A DNA stretch of 58,727 nucleotides from Alphaproteobacteria bacterium (lineage in GTDB: Bacteria > Pseudomonadota > Alphaproteobacteria > UBA7879 > VGCX01): positions 1 through 58,727 of the forward strand of contig VGCX01000001.1 of assembly GCA_016869935.1 (NCBI GenBank), given 5' to 3'. Shown in pieces: positions 9,277-17,840 of this stretch. The translations under genes were made by a program, and so were the position numbers. Positions within the stretch are counted from its first letter, which is position 1. Each line of letters opens with the position of its first letter. The notes beneath the pieces were generated by a model that worked only from the letters and a program-made list of their open reading frames with translations, was not told the origin of the DNA and ran no database searches.

Positions 9277-10482
9277 ATGGACGATCAACGCGTCACTATT
9301 ATTGGAGGCGGCCCCGTTGGGGCTGCTTTTGCCTGTGCCCTTGCAGAGCAAAAAATTTCGTCCCGCATTATTGACCGAACTCCCTTAGGCTTTTTTTTAT
9401 CTGATGAAAACTCTGACTGCCGGGCCATTGCCTTATCCCCAAGCTCAAAAAACTTTCTACACCACTTAGGTATTTGGGAAAGTATAAAACCTACAGTTTG
9501 CTCTATTGATCAAGTCAAAACGGTTCATGGACCTACAAACACAACTGTCCGTTTTGATCCATCAGCAAGTGATCCTTTAGGATACATCATTCCTTTGTCA
9601 CTTTTGCGTCAAAAAATTGCCCAGCGCGTTAAGACTTTTGCTGATAGAATCGAGTGGGTAGAAGGAACTCTTGGTTCTTTAGAAAAACAAGGGCCTTTTA
9701 TTACAGTGCACCTGAATGACGGTCGCTTTTTTAAAAGTTCTATCCTAGTTGGAGCCGATGGGAAGGGATCTTTTGTTCGAAAGCTTGGAGCTTTTGAAAC
9801 CATTGAACATCCCTATGGGAAGGATGCCATTGTTTGCACCTACGAACATAAAAATAATCACGAAAATATTGCTTGGGAAATTTTTAGAGAAGATGGCCCT
9901 CTCGCCTTGCTGCCGATGACACACAATCGATCTTCGCTTGTGTGGAGCGTTGATCACACAATTGCTGAAAGCCTTCGTGAGGCCTCTGATGAAGATTTTG
10001 ATCAAATTTTGTCTCATGAGTTATCCCCTTATCTTGAGCAGTCAAAAAGGGTAAGCCCTCGATGGATTTATCCTCTTTCCTTGCAGTTTGTAGACCACAG
10101 TGCAAAAGAAGGAATTTTTCTGATCGGAGATGCTGCCCATGTCATTCACCCCTTAGCGGGACAAGGCGTCAATCTAGGATTAAGAGATGCCGCCACTTTA
10201 GCTGAAGTCTTGATTGAGGGCGCTCAAGTTGGACTTTTATTATCTGATTCTACTATTTGCCAAAAATACGAACGCTGGCGGCGTTTTGATGTTTTTTCTA
10301 TGATTCTTGCAACTGACGGCCTAGAAGCCTTATTTTCCAATCATAACCCCCTTATAAAAAAGATGCGTGACATCGGATTAAAAATGGTAGATCGTAACAA
10401 AGGATTAAAGAGGCTTTTATCCAAAAGCGCGATGGGAACCCTTGGGAATTTACCGCGGGCTCTAAAAGAAAAAGTTTCGTGA
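9277..10482 (+). CDS. UbiH/UbiF/COQ6-family FAD-dependent ubiquinone-biosynthesis hydroxylase
   Basis: FAD fold VTIIGGGPVGAAFA, a GADG motif and LIGDAAHVIHPLAGQGVNLG. I prefer the start at MDDQRV (9277) over the ORF-track 9232, which overlaps sodB. Confidence 0.85.
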   Translation: MDDQRVTIIGGGPVGAAFACALAEQKISSRIIDRTPLGFFLSDENSDCRAIALSPSSKNFLHHLGIWESIKPTVCSIDQVKTVHGPTNTTVRFDPSASDPLGYIIPLSLLRQKIAQRVKTFADRIEWVEGTLGSLEKQGPFITVHLNDGRFFKSSILVGADGKGSFVRKLGAFETIEHPYGKDAIVCTYEHKNNHENIAWEIFREDGPLALLPMTHNRSSLVWSVDHTIAESLREASDEDFDQILSHELSPYLEQSKRVSPRWIYPLSLQFVDHSAKEGIFLIGDAAHVIHPLAGQGVNLGLRDAATLAEVLIEGAQVGLLLSDSTICQKYERWRRFDVFSMILATDGLEALFSNHNPLIKKMRDIGLKMVDRNKGLKRLLSKSAMGTLGNLPRALKEKVS

Positions 10483-10497
10483 GATACGGAGACATAG

Positions 10498-11535
10498 ATG
10501 GATTCATTTCGACAAGTAAAATATATTATTCTACTTTTGTGTGTCCCGTTTTTAATGTGGGGGCTCTGGGGAAACTATTATGGGGAAGGCAACTTTAAGC
10601 TTGCCCATGATTTGTATGAAGAAAGCTATCAGTTAAACATCCTACAGATTTTTTCTAATAATTTAGAGCTTGATACAAAAAAAGAAATTCATATCACAAC
10701 AGAAGATGTTAACAAAGACCTATGGCCCACATCAGAAATAAAAGAGGCTGTCCAAAAAGGTCTTTTTTCTTTCGGATGCTTGTACCTCGAGCACTTAAGA
10801 AAAGAAGATCCCATCTTTGAAATGGATTCTATTCCTTTTTTAGCAACAGACTATGAACAGGCCCAGATTTTATGGAAAGTAACGCGTTCTTATATTGAAT
10901 CTAAATTTAATCAATCAGGCCTTGTTTATCTTTTTTCTATTCCCTGTTCACCACAAGATCTCTATTTAAACAAAAGCATGGATAATTTAAGTGCCCTCCG
11001 GGTTTTAAAAATTCGAACCTATGGGCAAATTTTACCTGAATACGTGAGTCTTTTAGGAATGAATCCTGTTTTATTTAAAGGTCCAAAGGAATTTAAAAAA
11101 TTACAAGAGGGTCAAGTAGACGGATTTTTTGGAAGTCGCAACTCTGCCTTTCTTGCACAAACTTCCATTTTTGCCTCTTATTACTATCGGCTAAAATATT
11201 CTTTACCCAAGTACGTTGTTGTTATGAACATAAAAGATTTTGAAGCTCTTTCTCCTGATGCAAAAAACAACCTTTTTTTGCAGGCCAAAAAAATGGAAAT
11301 GCTTGCGTGGCGCATGAGCCAAACAGATGATCAGCGTCGTCAGCATCTTTTCAAGCAACTTCCTATCCCAGAATGGTTTAAAAAACGCTCTCTAGAGGTT
11401 ACGTCCACTATGCTTAAAGAGTGGAAATCCCGTGCGGGGGATCTTGGTCAAAAACTTTTAGATACCTACAAAAATGCTCTGATCGAATCAGGCAAGCCAC
11501 TTCCTCCAGCGCTAGGCGGACAGATGGATTCCTAG
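10498..11535 (+). CDS. DctP-like (TRAP-type) periplasmic solute-binding protein, orphan
   Basis: N-terminal TM/signal sequence. DSIPFLATDYEQAQ, LKIRTYG and KKLQEGQVDGFFG resemble the DctP-family pattern. No dctQM genes are nearby. Confidence 0.5.
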   Translation: MDSFRQVKYIILLLCVPFLMWGLWGNYYGEGNFKLAHDLYEESYQLNILQIFSNNLELDTKKEIHITTEDVNKDLWPTSEIKEAVQKGLFSFGCLYLEHLRKEDPIFEMDSIPFLATDYEQAQILWKVTRSYIESKFNQSGLVYLFSIPCSPQDLYLNKSMDNLSALRVLKIRTYGQILPEYVSLLGMNPVLFKGPKEFKKLQEGQVDGFFGSRNSAFLAQTSIFASYYYRLKYSLPKYVVVMNIKDFEALSPDAKNNLFLQAKKMEMLAWRMSQTDDQRRQHLFKQLPIPEWFKKRSLEVTSTMLKEWKSRAGDLGQKLLDTYKNALIESGKPLPPALGGQMDS

Positions 11536-12065
11536 CTCAGGACAATAATCCCGTCCTTTTTCTGTTTGTCATTTTTGAGCTTAGGGGCATCTTTCCATTT
11601 GTGTGACGTAATTCTAACGGTATAGTCTAAAAGCTCAACTTTTACACAATCCGCAGAAAATATATTCCATCGATTGGCTTTTTGGTTGGAATAGTCAGCA
11701 AAAACAAACCCTGCAGCAACTTCGGTTTTTTGATATTTTAAAGGAATAATAATACTGGTTCCCGGAATCATTTCGAAGGATTTAATTTTAATTTTTTGCG
11801 GATGATCATATTTAAGCTGTTTGCGCTGTTTCATATATTGACGGGCCGTTAATATACCAACTTGTTCCGCAATCCGTTCATCTTTAACAATAACAACATC
11901 AACCTTAAGAGCCGTTTTATTGTTCATATTAGGGGTTGCAACAAGGGTCAATTCATCAATAAATTCCCAATCTTCTTCTTCAAAAAGCGTTGAACTTAGA
12001 CGACTACATCCCGTAAAAAGAGTCAAAATCATTAAAAGAGAAAAGCTATGTCGATTTAAAATCAT
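11532..12065 (-). CDS. TssJ-like (SciN/VasD-type) T6SS lipoprotein candidate
   Basis: Lipobox LFTGC with an AAGGA RBS 7 nt before ATG 12065. The pattern LTLVATPNMN..ALKVDVVIVKD...IPGTS..IPL....AAGFVFADYS...NRW resembles the TssJ family. It is the last gene of the vgrG operon. Confidence 0.5.
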   Translation of the reverse strand: MILNRHSFSLLMILTLFTGCSRLSSTLFEEEDWEFIDELTLVATPNMNNKTALKVDVVIVKDERIAEQVGILTARQYMKQRKQLKYDHPQKIKIKSFEMIPGTSIIIPLKYQKTEVAAGFVFADYSNQKANRWNIFSADCVKVELLDYTVRITSHKWKDAPKLKNDKQKKDGIIVLS

Positions 12066-12075
12066 GGTAAAATCC

Positions 12076-13002
12076 TTATTCACTCCGTACATCATCCTCA
12101 ACTAAAACTATGATAGGAGAAAGAGAAACATCTTTAGCAATCCTATCTTTATACTGATGGGATTCCCGCTCTGTTAAGGCGGCATTCAAACGCACATAAA
12201 ACCATGACTGATCCTTGTGTGTGCGATCCTTATAAACCCCCACATCATATCCTTTTGATTGAAGCTTTTCCTTAAATTCATCGGCATCAGCTTCTTGTTC
12301 AAAAGAACCCAATTGTAACGTAAAAGTATTCTTTGGATCAAGCACAGGGAGCGTTGTATTTTGCACAGCATTTTTCATGAGCGGTAAAGGATAAGATGGC
12401 TTCTGATAAGAATCTAAATGGCCGCTTTCTTTTTCATCCATTGCAGTGGGGTCACTTTCAATCGACAATAAAGATCCTTTTTCAAAAATCTTATATTTTA
12501 CAGAAGGAGGAGGGCCATAAGGAGACGTGCCCAAAGCATAAACAGCGCCGTGCGTCATACTATGATTCATGCTATCGCGTTTCTTTACAACAAATAAGGA
12601 TGATGCCTTTAAAGTAGGCTTTTCTTCTTTTTGATCAGCCTCCTTTTTTTGTTTTTCTTGCTCTTCTTTTTCCCGTTTTTCCTTTTCTTGTTTTTGTTTT
12701 TCTCGCTTTTCTACATCAATCCCAGCGAGTTTATTAAAATATTTTTGTGCTTCTGTCACTTCTGAATCTGTCATAGTAATTCCAGGAGTTGGAGTCCCTT
12801 CCTTTTGCATGCTTTCTTGAGAAAACTTTGATGTGTCTATAACCGCTTCAGGTATTTCTGAAAATAGCGCCTTAAGGGATGAAAATGTTCCTTTAACTGC
12901 TTCCCAAGGAGAGGGCTTTTTTGGATCATTTAAATAGCCTGCTATCCCAAACCCTATCGTTAAAGAAACGAGTATAACACCAATATTTTTTAAAAAATCC
13001 AT
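12076..13002 (-). CDS. Membrane-anchored coiled-coil protein with C-terminal SPOR (peptidoglycan-binding) domain
   Basis: N-terminal TM (IGVILVSLTIGFGIAGY), a KE-rich stretch (EKREKQKQEKEKREKEEQEKQKKE), and a C-terminal FTLQLGSFEQEADADEFKEKLQSKGYDVGVYKD..WFYVRL SPOR-like fold. Confidence 0.65.
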   Translation of the reverse strand: MDFLKNIGVILVSLTIGFGIAGYLNDPKKPSPWEAVKGTFSSLKALFSEIPEAVIDTSKFSQESMQKEGTPTPGITMTDSEVTEAQKYFNKLAGIDVEKREKQKQEKEKREKEEQEKQKKEADQKEEKPTLKASSLFVVKKRDSMNHSMTHGAVYALGTSPYGPPPSVKYKIFEKGSLLSIESDPTAMDEKESGHLDSYQKPSYPLPLMKNAVQNTTLPVLDPKNTFTLQLGSFEQEADADEFKEKLQSKGYDVGVYKDRTHKDQSWFYVRLNAALTERESHQYKDRIAKDVSLSPIIVLVEDDVRSE

Positions 13003-13004
13003 TT

Positions 13005-13391
13005 CTACTGTGCCTCAACAATCACTTGCCCCGGAAAAACAATTTTAATTTGTCCTGCATAGGCGCAATTCAGCATACTCGAATCAAGAACTGCTGGAAC
13101 CCCCCCAATCAAAACCTTCGCTGAAGGAGGCGCCCAAGGACCGGCAGGGGCTGGCACGCAAGGCTGGGGCGTCAAGACCCCTAGTGCCGCGGATGTAGCA
13201 GCTGCAACAGTAGGGTTGGCCAAGCTTAAACACATTCCAAACGAGGCTACGTTTGCCATCGGTGCATTTCCCATAATCGTCCCAGCAGGGGTTTTTCCCA
13301 TAATAGGGGGTGAGGGCGGAAATGTGAGAGGGGCTGGAGCCGTTCCTTTAGAACACTGCGCTGTTGCCCCTGTTACGACAAGTTTTGGCAT
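13005..13391 (-). CDS. DUF4280 (PAAR-like) VgrG-capping protein
   Basis: 128 aa. VVTGATAQCSKGTAP...FGMC...QPCVP...GPW...LIGGVP.L..SS.L.CAYAGQIKI..PGQ matches the DUF4280 pattern. Confidence 0.8.
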   Translation of the reverse strand: MPKLVVTGATAQCSKGTAPAPLTFPPSPPIMGKTPAGTIMGNAPMANVASFGMCLSLANPTVAAATSAALGVLTPQPCVPAPAGPWAPPSAKVLIGGVPAVLDSSMLNCAYAGQIKIVFPGQVIVEAQ

Positions 13392-13403
13392 TGATATCCT
13401 TTT

Positions 13404-14111
13404 TTATTTTTGCGAGTCCATTGATTTTTTTTCAATCAGATTTCCTCGATCATCATATACTTCTTCATAAATAACCATACCATCTTTATACTGTTTTAGC
13501 ATCATAAGAGACTGATTCATATGATAAGTTTTTGAGTCACCCACCGGAATATCTTTTGAAAACAAAACCTCTTCATACAAGGTACCGTTGGGATAAAAAT
13601 TTTGACTAAGACCCTCTTTATATCCAGATTGATACTGTTCTTTTTTAAGAAGATGTCCTTGATCATCGTAAATGCAAAACTCTTGATCCATCATTCCGTG
13701 TGTATAGGTTCCTGTCGTATTAATTTGTCCATTGGTATGATAGGTCACAAAGGGACCCTCTAAAATATCTTTTACAAAGGTAGTCTCAACAACTTTCTGA
13801 CCTTTGATGTAAAAAATACTGAGCCCATTTTTTTGTCCTTGATCAAAAAAAATTTGGCAAACAAGATCCTTTTGATCATCAAATTCTTCCATCATCCCAT
13901 GGGGAATTCCGTCTTTGAGGGGAATTTTTTGGATCACGTTTCCTTGGTCATTTTCAACAGTATGGAAAGTGATATCCGTAAGATTCTCTGGGAGAGAAGG
14001 CTCCAAAGTACTTGTCTCTAGGCTTTGCACAGATTCCTTTTTCGGTGGGCCTTCCTTTTGCTGCTGGACAAGTCGAAGTTGTTCTAAAATTTCAGGGGTA
14101 ATTTCTAACAT
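13404..14111 (-). CDS. MORN-variant repeat protein (YwqK-like)
   Basis: 235 aa with repeated G.....Y..NG....E..Y..G units (GPFVTYHTNGQI, GLSQNFYPNGTLYEE, DSKTYHMNQSL...YKDG). It lies 3 nt downstream of vgrG. Confidence 0.7.
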   Translation of the reverse strand: MLEITPEILEQLRLVQQQKEGPPKKESVQSLETSTLEPSLPENLTDITFHTVENDQGNVIQKIPLKDGIPHGMMEEFDDQKDLVCQIFFDQGQKNGLSIFYIKGQKVVETTFVKDILEGPFVTYHTNGQINTTGTYTHGMMDQEFCIYDDQGHLLKKEQYQSGYKEGLSQNFYPNGTLYEEVLFSKDIPVGDSKTYHMNQSLMMLKQYKDGMVIYEEVYDDRGNLIEKKSMDSQK

Positions 14112-14114
14112 GTG

Positions 14115-16157
14115 TTAGCCTAATTTAATCATTCCCCCCGTAAGGGCAATCATTCCACCAGCAATAGTAACACCCCCCGCACCGGTTAATTTGGCTGTTG
14201 CTCCTTTAATATCTACAAGAGTATCTGCCTCTATTTTAATAGTTGGCCCCTTAAAATCTGTGAGAGTCTTTCCAAGGGTTTTAATGTTATCTGCATTAAT
14301 AATAAGATCTTTTGTAATATTAAGGGTTAGGCTGCCATCAACGGTCACAGTCCCATCTTTTCCTACTTTAATCGTCGCATTTTTTCCAATCGTTAAATTC
14401 AAATCATCGCTGATCTTTGTGGTGCGACTTCCAGCAGCCAGTGTTAGAAAATCATCACCTTTACTAAGCGTTGTATCTCTTTTGCCTTCAACAATTGTTA
14501 AAATATCGTGACCCTTGCTTTTTGTTCCTTTAATAGTTGTCGTACGTTGACCATCTAAAATCATGGTCGTCATATCTGTTTGAGCTTGCATAAAGAAGTT
14601 TTCAGACCCTTTTGTGTCATCAAAATGAAGCTCGTTGAACCCACCACCGCCTTTGGAAGAATTTGTTTTAAAGCCACTTTTGATCGCCATATCGGGCCCA
14701 TAAGGGGGCATATTCGTTGCATTGTAAACGCACCCAATTACCAGAGGCTGATCAGGGTCCCCGTTCAAAAAAGTAATGATGACTTCCTGCCCAACACGGG
14801 GAATAAAAAAAGCACCCCAGTTTTTATCAGCCCAACTTTGGGCAACACGCACCCAACAAGAAACCGCATCGTCTTTTGTGTCGCTCAAATCCCAATGAAA
14901 CTTCACCATAATCCGGCCGTATTTGTCAGTCCAAATTTCTTCGCCAGCTTTACCGGAAACTGTTGCCGTTTGAGTCCCATAAATTTTTGGGATATGCGCT
15001 GTTTTGGGGGGGTGATAGGGCGTTTCTTTTTTATAAAATGTTATTTGATTATTATACTCTAAATCAAAAACATTCTCGGGAGAAAAAGATTGATTTGTCT
15101 CCAAGGCCTCTAAAACTGCCCGATGCTCAATGGAAAAAATTGTAAAATCTTTGCTTTTCAGGTCATCTCGAACGAGATTTTTTGCTACCTCATCTGACAG
15201 TGTGAATGTAGATCCTACCTCTACCATATGAATATCTGACTGCGCTTGAAGAGAGTTTTTGGGAAACTCCAAAGCAGCCATACGAATGTCAGAAAGGGCA
15301 GTGCCTCGATCCTGTAGAGTGTAGCGTCCGGGATAATGGTAAACCTCTCTTCCGCTCCCCTTCCCTGCAGAATCAACCTTGAGGCTCGTCTGTGTTTTCT
15401 CAAAATCATAGTCCGTATAAGTATGTTTGGAGGGAACTATTTGTTGCAAGAAACGAAGATTCCAGAGAGAAAAATCTCCCCCTAAAGGTCTTTCAGGATA
15501 CGGGGACATTTTTAGGGTAGCAAAATCAGCATCTTCAAGCGCTTGATAGGGCTGGCTTTCATCTACAAGGGTCAGTGTATGACTCCCCTCTTTATGCTTA
15601 AAATAGTATGCAATTCCTTCCTCTTCCATTAATCGAGAAACAAAATTGAAATTACTTTCATTATACTGAACACAAAAGTCTTTTTGTACCGTCCCTGCTG
15701 TACTGGTATTATCTTGTAAGGTGATGCTATGGTCTGAAAGAACGCTTTTGATGATTTCAAGAGGTGTTTTCTTTTGAAAAATCCGACACTGCTCTGTAAG
15801 AGTCATCCCCCACATTTTAGGACGAAGTTTGGCCTGAAAGTACGTTGATTGGGCGGTTCGATCTGCCTCTGCCCCTGCATGTAAGAAGGTTCCACCCTGA
15901 GTGACTTCTGTAATAACGCCGTGAAAATAGCGTTTCTTTTTATTAATACAAACCGTGACGGTTGCTTCTGTTTCCACAAGGGTTGAAAGATCTAGATTTG
16001 GTCCCTTTTTGTTAACCTGATAAGGAACATAAAGAGATAGGTCAAAGTCAAAAAGACCTGAGATGCGCTCTACGCCCTTAAACTCTCGAAGAAAGATCTG
16101 ATCTTTTCCAAGGGTCGTCGTAATTGATAGATAAACATTATCTTGAGTTGTGAGCAT
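14115..16157 (-). CDS. vgrG: Type VI secretion spike protein VgrG (TssI)
   Basis: 680 aa with a gp27-like N-terminal half and a gp5 OB-fold signature (RVAQSWADKNWGAFFIPRVGQEVIITFLNGDPDQPLVIGCVYN). The C-terminus is a beta-helix of G/T/K-rich repeats. Confidence 0.92.
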   Translation of the reverse strand: MLTTQDNVYLSITTTLGKDQIFLREFKGVERISGLFDFDLSLYVPYQVNKKGPNLDLSTLVETEATVTVCINKKKRYFHGVITEVTQGGTFLHAGAEADRTAQSTYFQAKLRPKMWGMTLTEQCRIFQKKTPLEIIKSVLSDHSITLQDNTSTAGTVQKDFCVQYNESNFNFVSRLMEEEGIAYYFKHKEGSHTLTLVDESQPYQALEDADFATLKMSPYPERPLGGDFSLWNLRFLQQIVPSKHTYTDYDFEKTQTSLKVDSAGKGSGREVYHYPGRYTLQDRGTALSDIRMAALEFPKNSLQAQSDIHMVEVGSTFTLSDEVAKNLVRDDLKSKDFTIFSIEHRAVLEALETNQSFSPENVFDLEYNNQITFYKKETPYHPPKTAHIPKIYGTQTATVSGKAGEEIWTDKYGRIMVKFHWDLSDTKDDAVSCWVRVAQSWADKNWGAFFIPRVGQEVIITFLNGDPDQPLVIGCVYNATNMPPYGPDMAIKSGFKTNSSKGGGGFNELHFDDTKGSENFFMQAQTDMTTMILDGQRTTTIKGTKSKGHDILTIVEGKRDTTLSKGDDFLTLAAGSRTTKISDDLNLTIGKNATIKVGKDGTVTVDGSLTLNITKDLIINADNIKTLGKTLTDFKGPTIKIEADTLVDIKGATAKLTGAGGVTIAGGMIALTGGMIKLG

Positions 16158-16225
16158 GGAATTATATTATACCTAAAAACATATTACCAAAAGAGCGCTG
16201 TGGTGCAACATCTTTTAGGAAAAGG

Positions 16226-16618
16226 TTACAAGGCCCATTGGCGTGCATAGATTCCACAAAATCGAGGGGCAAAGAATAAGGCGATTAACAGATAAATCCA
16301 GGGACCAGAAAAACAGAAAAAGCTCTCAAACGCGTCTGGCTCATAAATTATTTGGATGATCAACGCCCCAAAAGCCCATACCATTCCAAGAAACCACAAG
16401 TCTTTGCGCGCGTAACGAATCCGCATATTTTTTAAAACATTTCCCAAAATGAATCCAAAAGACAAGAAAGAAAATCCACTTAAAATCCAAAGAGACCAAA
16501 AATTTAGAACGCTTTTAAGGACCAAGACCCCGTAAAGAATGCCTAAAAAAGGAATCAGTGCTTTACTAAAAACCGTCGAGAGAAGAAAAGAGATTGTTGA
16601 ATGTTTTATTGATGACAT
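16226..16618 (-). CDS. Hypothetical membrane protein (130 aa, ~4 TM)
   Basis: Hydrophobic ORF only. I recognise no family. Confidence 0.4.
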   Translation of the reverse strand: MSSIKHSTISFLLSTVFSKALIPFLGILYGVLVLKSVLNFWSLWILSGFSFLSFGFILGNVLKNMRIRYARKDLWFLGMVWAFGALIIQIIYEPDAFESFFCFSGPWIYLLIALFFAPRFCGIYARQWAL

Positions 16619-16651
16619 ACGCCCCTTACCTCCTTATAGTTTTAATTTATC

Positions 16652-17662
16652 ATGGCATATTATAAAAAAATGTCAAATGAAGGACTTTATAGGTTGAACA
16701 AAACGATCACTATTCCATCAGAACTCTCTGGAAAGCGCCTTGATAAGGCGCTCAGCGAACTTCTGTCGCTTTCCAGAGAAAAAGTAAAAAAGCTTATCTT
16801 GGAAGGTGGTGTTACTCTAGAAAAAACCAAAATAATTGATCCATCCCTGCAAACGAAAGAAGGAATGCTTTTGGAAATTTTAGAAATCCCTCAAGAAAGA
16901 ACGTCTTCTTATGAGGGGGAAAATATTCCTTTAACCATTATTTTTGAAGACAGTCATCTTTTAGTCCTCGATAAACCTGCTGGCCTAGTTGTGCACCCTG
17001 GGGCGGGCAATCATAGAGGAACGCTTGTTCATGCCTTGCTTCATCACTGTGGATCAAAGCTTTCAACCTTAGGAGAGTCGGATCGTCCCGGCATCGTTCA
17101 TCGCTTAGATAAAGAAACAAGCGGCTTAATGGTTATTGCGAAAACGAATCAAGCCCATCAAGGTCTTGTGGAACAGTTTGAGAGTCGCTCCTTATCAAGA
17201 TGTTATTTGGCCTTTGTTGAAGGAGTTCCCAGTCCAACTAGGGGTGTGATTGAAAAAAATATTGCCAGAAGTGATTCTAATCGGAAAAAAATGGCAGTTT
17301 TTGACTTTAAAGGAAAACCCGCAATCACGGAGTACGAAACGCTGAAAACATTTGTTGTCGGCAATGCAATTTTTGGAAGCCTTGTAGAATGTCGCTTGAA
17401 AACGGGGCGTACCCACCAAATCCGCGTTCATATGGCCTCTATTGGTCATCCGGTTGTTGGGGATCCCACTTATGGGGCTCAAAAGAAAAAAGCCATTATC
17501 AAAAGATTAATGGCCGAACATTCTTGTGCACTTTGGACCAATGAGCGACAAGCTTTACATGCCTATAAGCTTCAGTTCATACATCCCATTACCCAAGAAT
17601 TCTTGTCTTTCGAAAGCCCTCTTCCACAAGATTTACAAGAACTGCATGAAATTCTAAAGTAG
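16652..17662 (+). CDS. rluD: 23S rRNA pseudouridine synthase, RluA family (RluD-like, S4 domain)
   Basis: N-terminal S4 domain plus HRLDKETSGLMVIAK and GRTHQIRVH motifs. Confidence 0.88.
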   Translation: MAYYKKMSNEGLYRLNKTITIPSELSGKRLDKALSELLSLSREKVKKLILEGGVTLEKTKIIDPSLQTKEGMLLEILEIPQERTSSYEGENIPLTIIFEDSHLLVLDKPAGLVVHPGAGNHRGTLVHALLHHCGSKLSTLGESDRPGIVHRLDKETSGLMVIAKTNQAHQGLVEQFESRSLSRCYLAFVEGVPSPTRGVIEKNIARSDSNRKKMAVFDFKGKPAITEYETLKTFVVGNAIFGSLVECRLKTGRTHQIRVHMASIGHPVVGDPTYGAQKKKAIIKRLMAEHSCALWTNERQALHAYKLQFIHPITQEFLSFESPLPQDLQELHEILK

Positions 17663-17743
17663 CCCTAAGATAAATTACAATTTGAAATATTAATTGATGG
17701 CTGATATATACATCTATAGTCGTATATTGGTGATTGTTAATGA

Positions 17744-17817
17744 GCACCCGTAGCTCAGCTGGATAGAGCGTTGCCCTCCGGAGGCAAAGGTCAGAGGTTC
17801 GAATCCTCTCGGGTGCA
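17744..17817 (+). tRNA. tRNA-Arg (anticodon CCG)
   Basis: Hand-folded cloverleaf. The acceptor GCACCCG pairs with CGGGTGC, the anticodon stem TTGCC pairs with GGCAA, the anticodon loop is CTCCGGA and the T-loop is TTCGAAT. No CCA is encoded. Confidence 0.9.
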
Positions 17818-17840
17818 TTTTTAAGGATAGATAGACGACA

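Noticed and set aside
14191-15409. Several 60-160-aa ORFs antisense to or out of frame within vgrG
   Set aside because: They are embedded in a 680-aa ORF with unambiguous VgrG motifs. They have no RBS or independent support.
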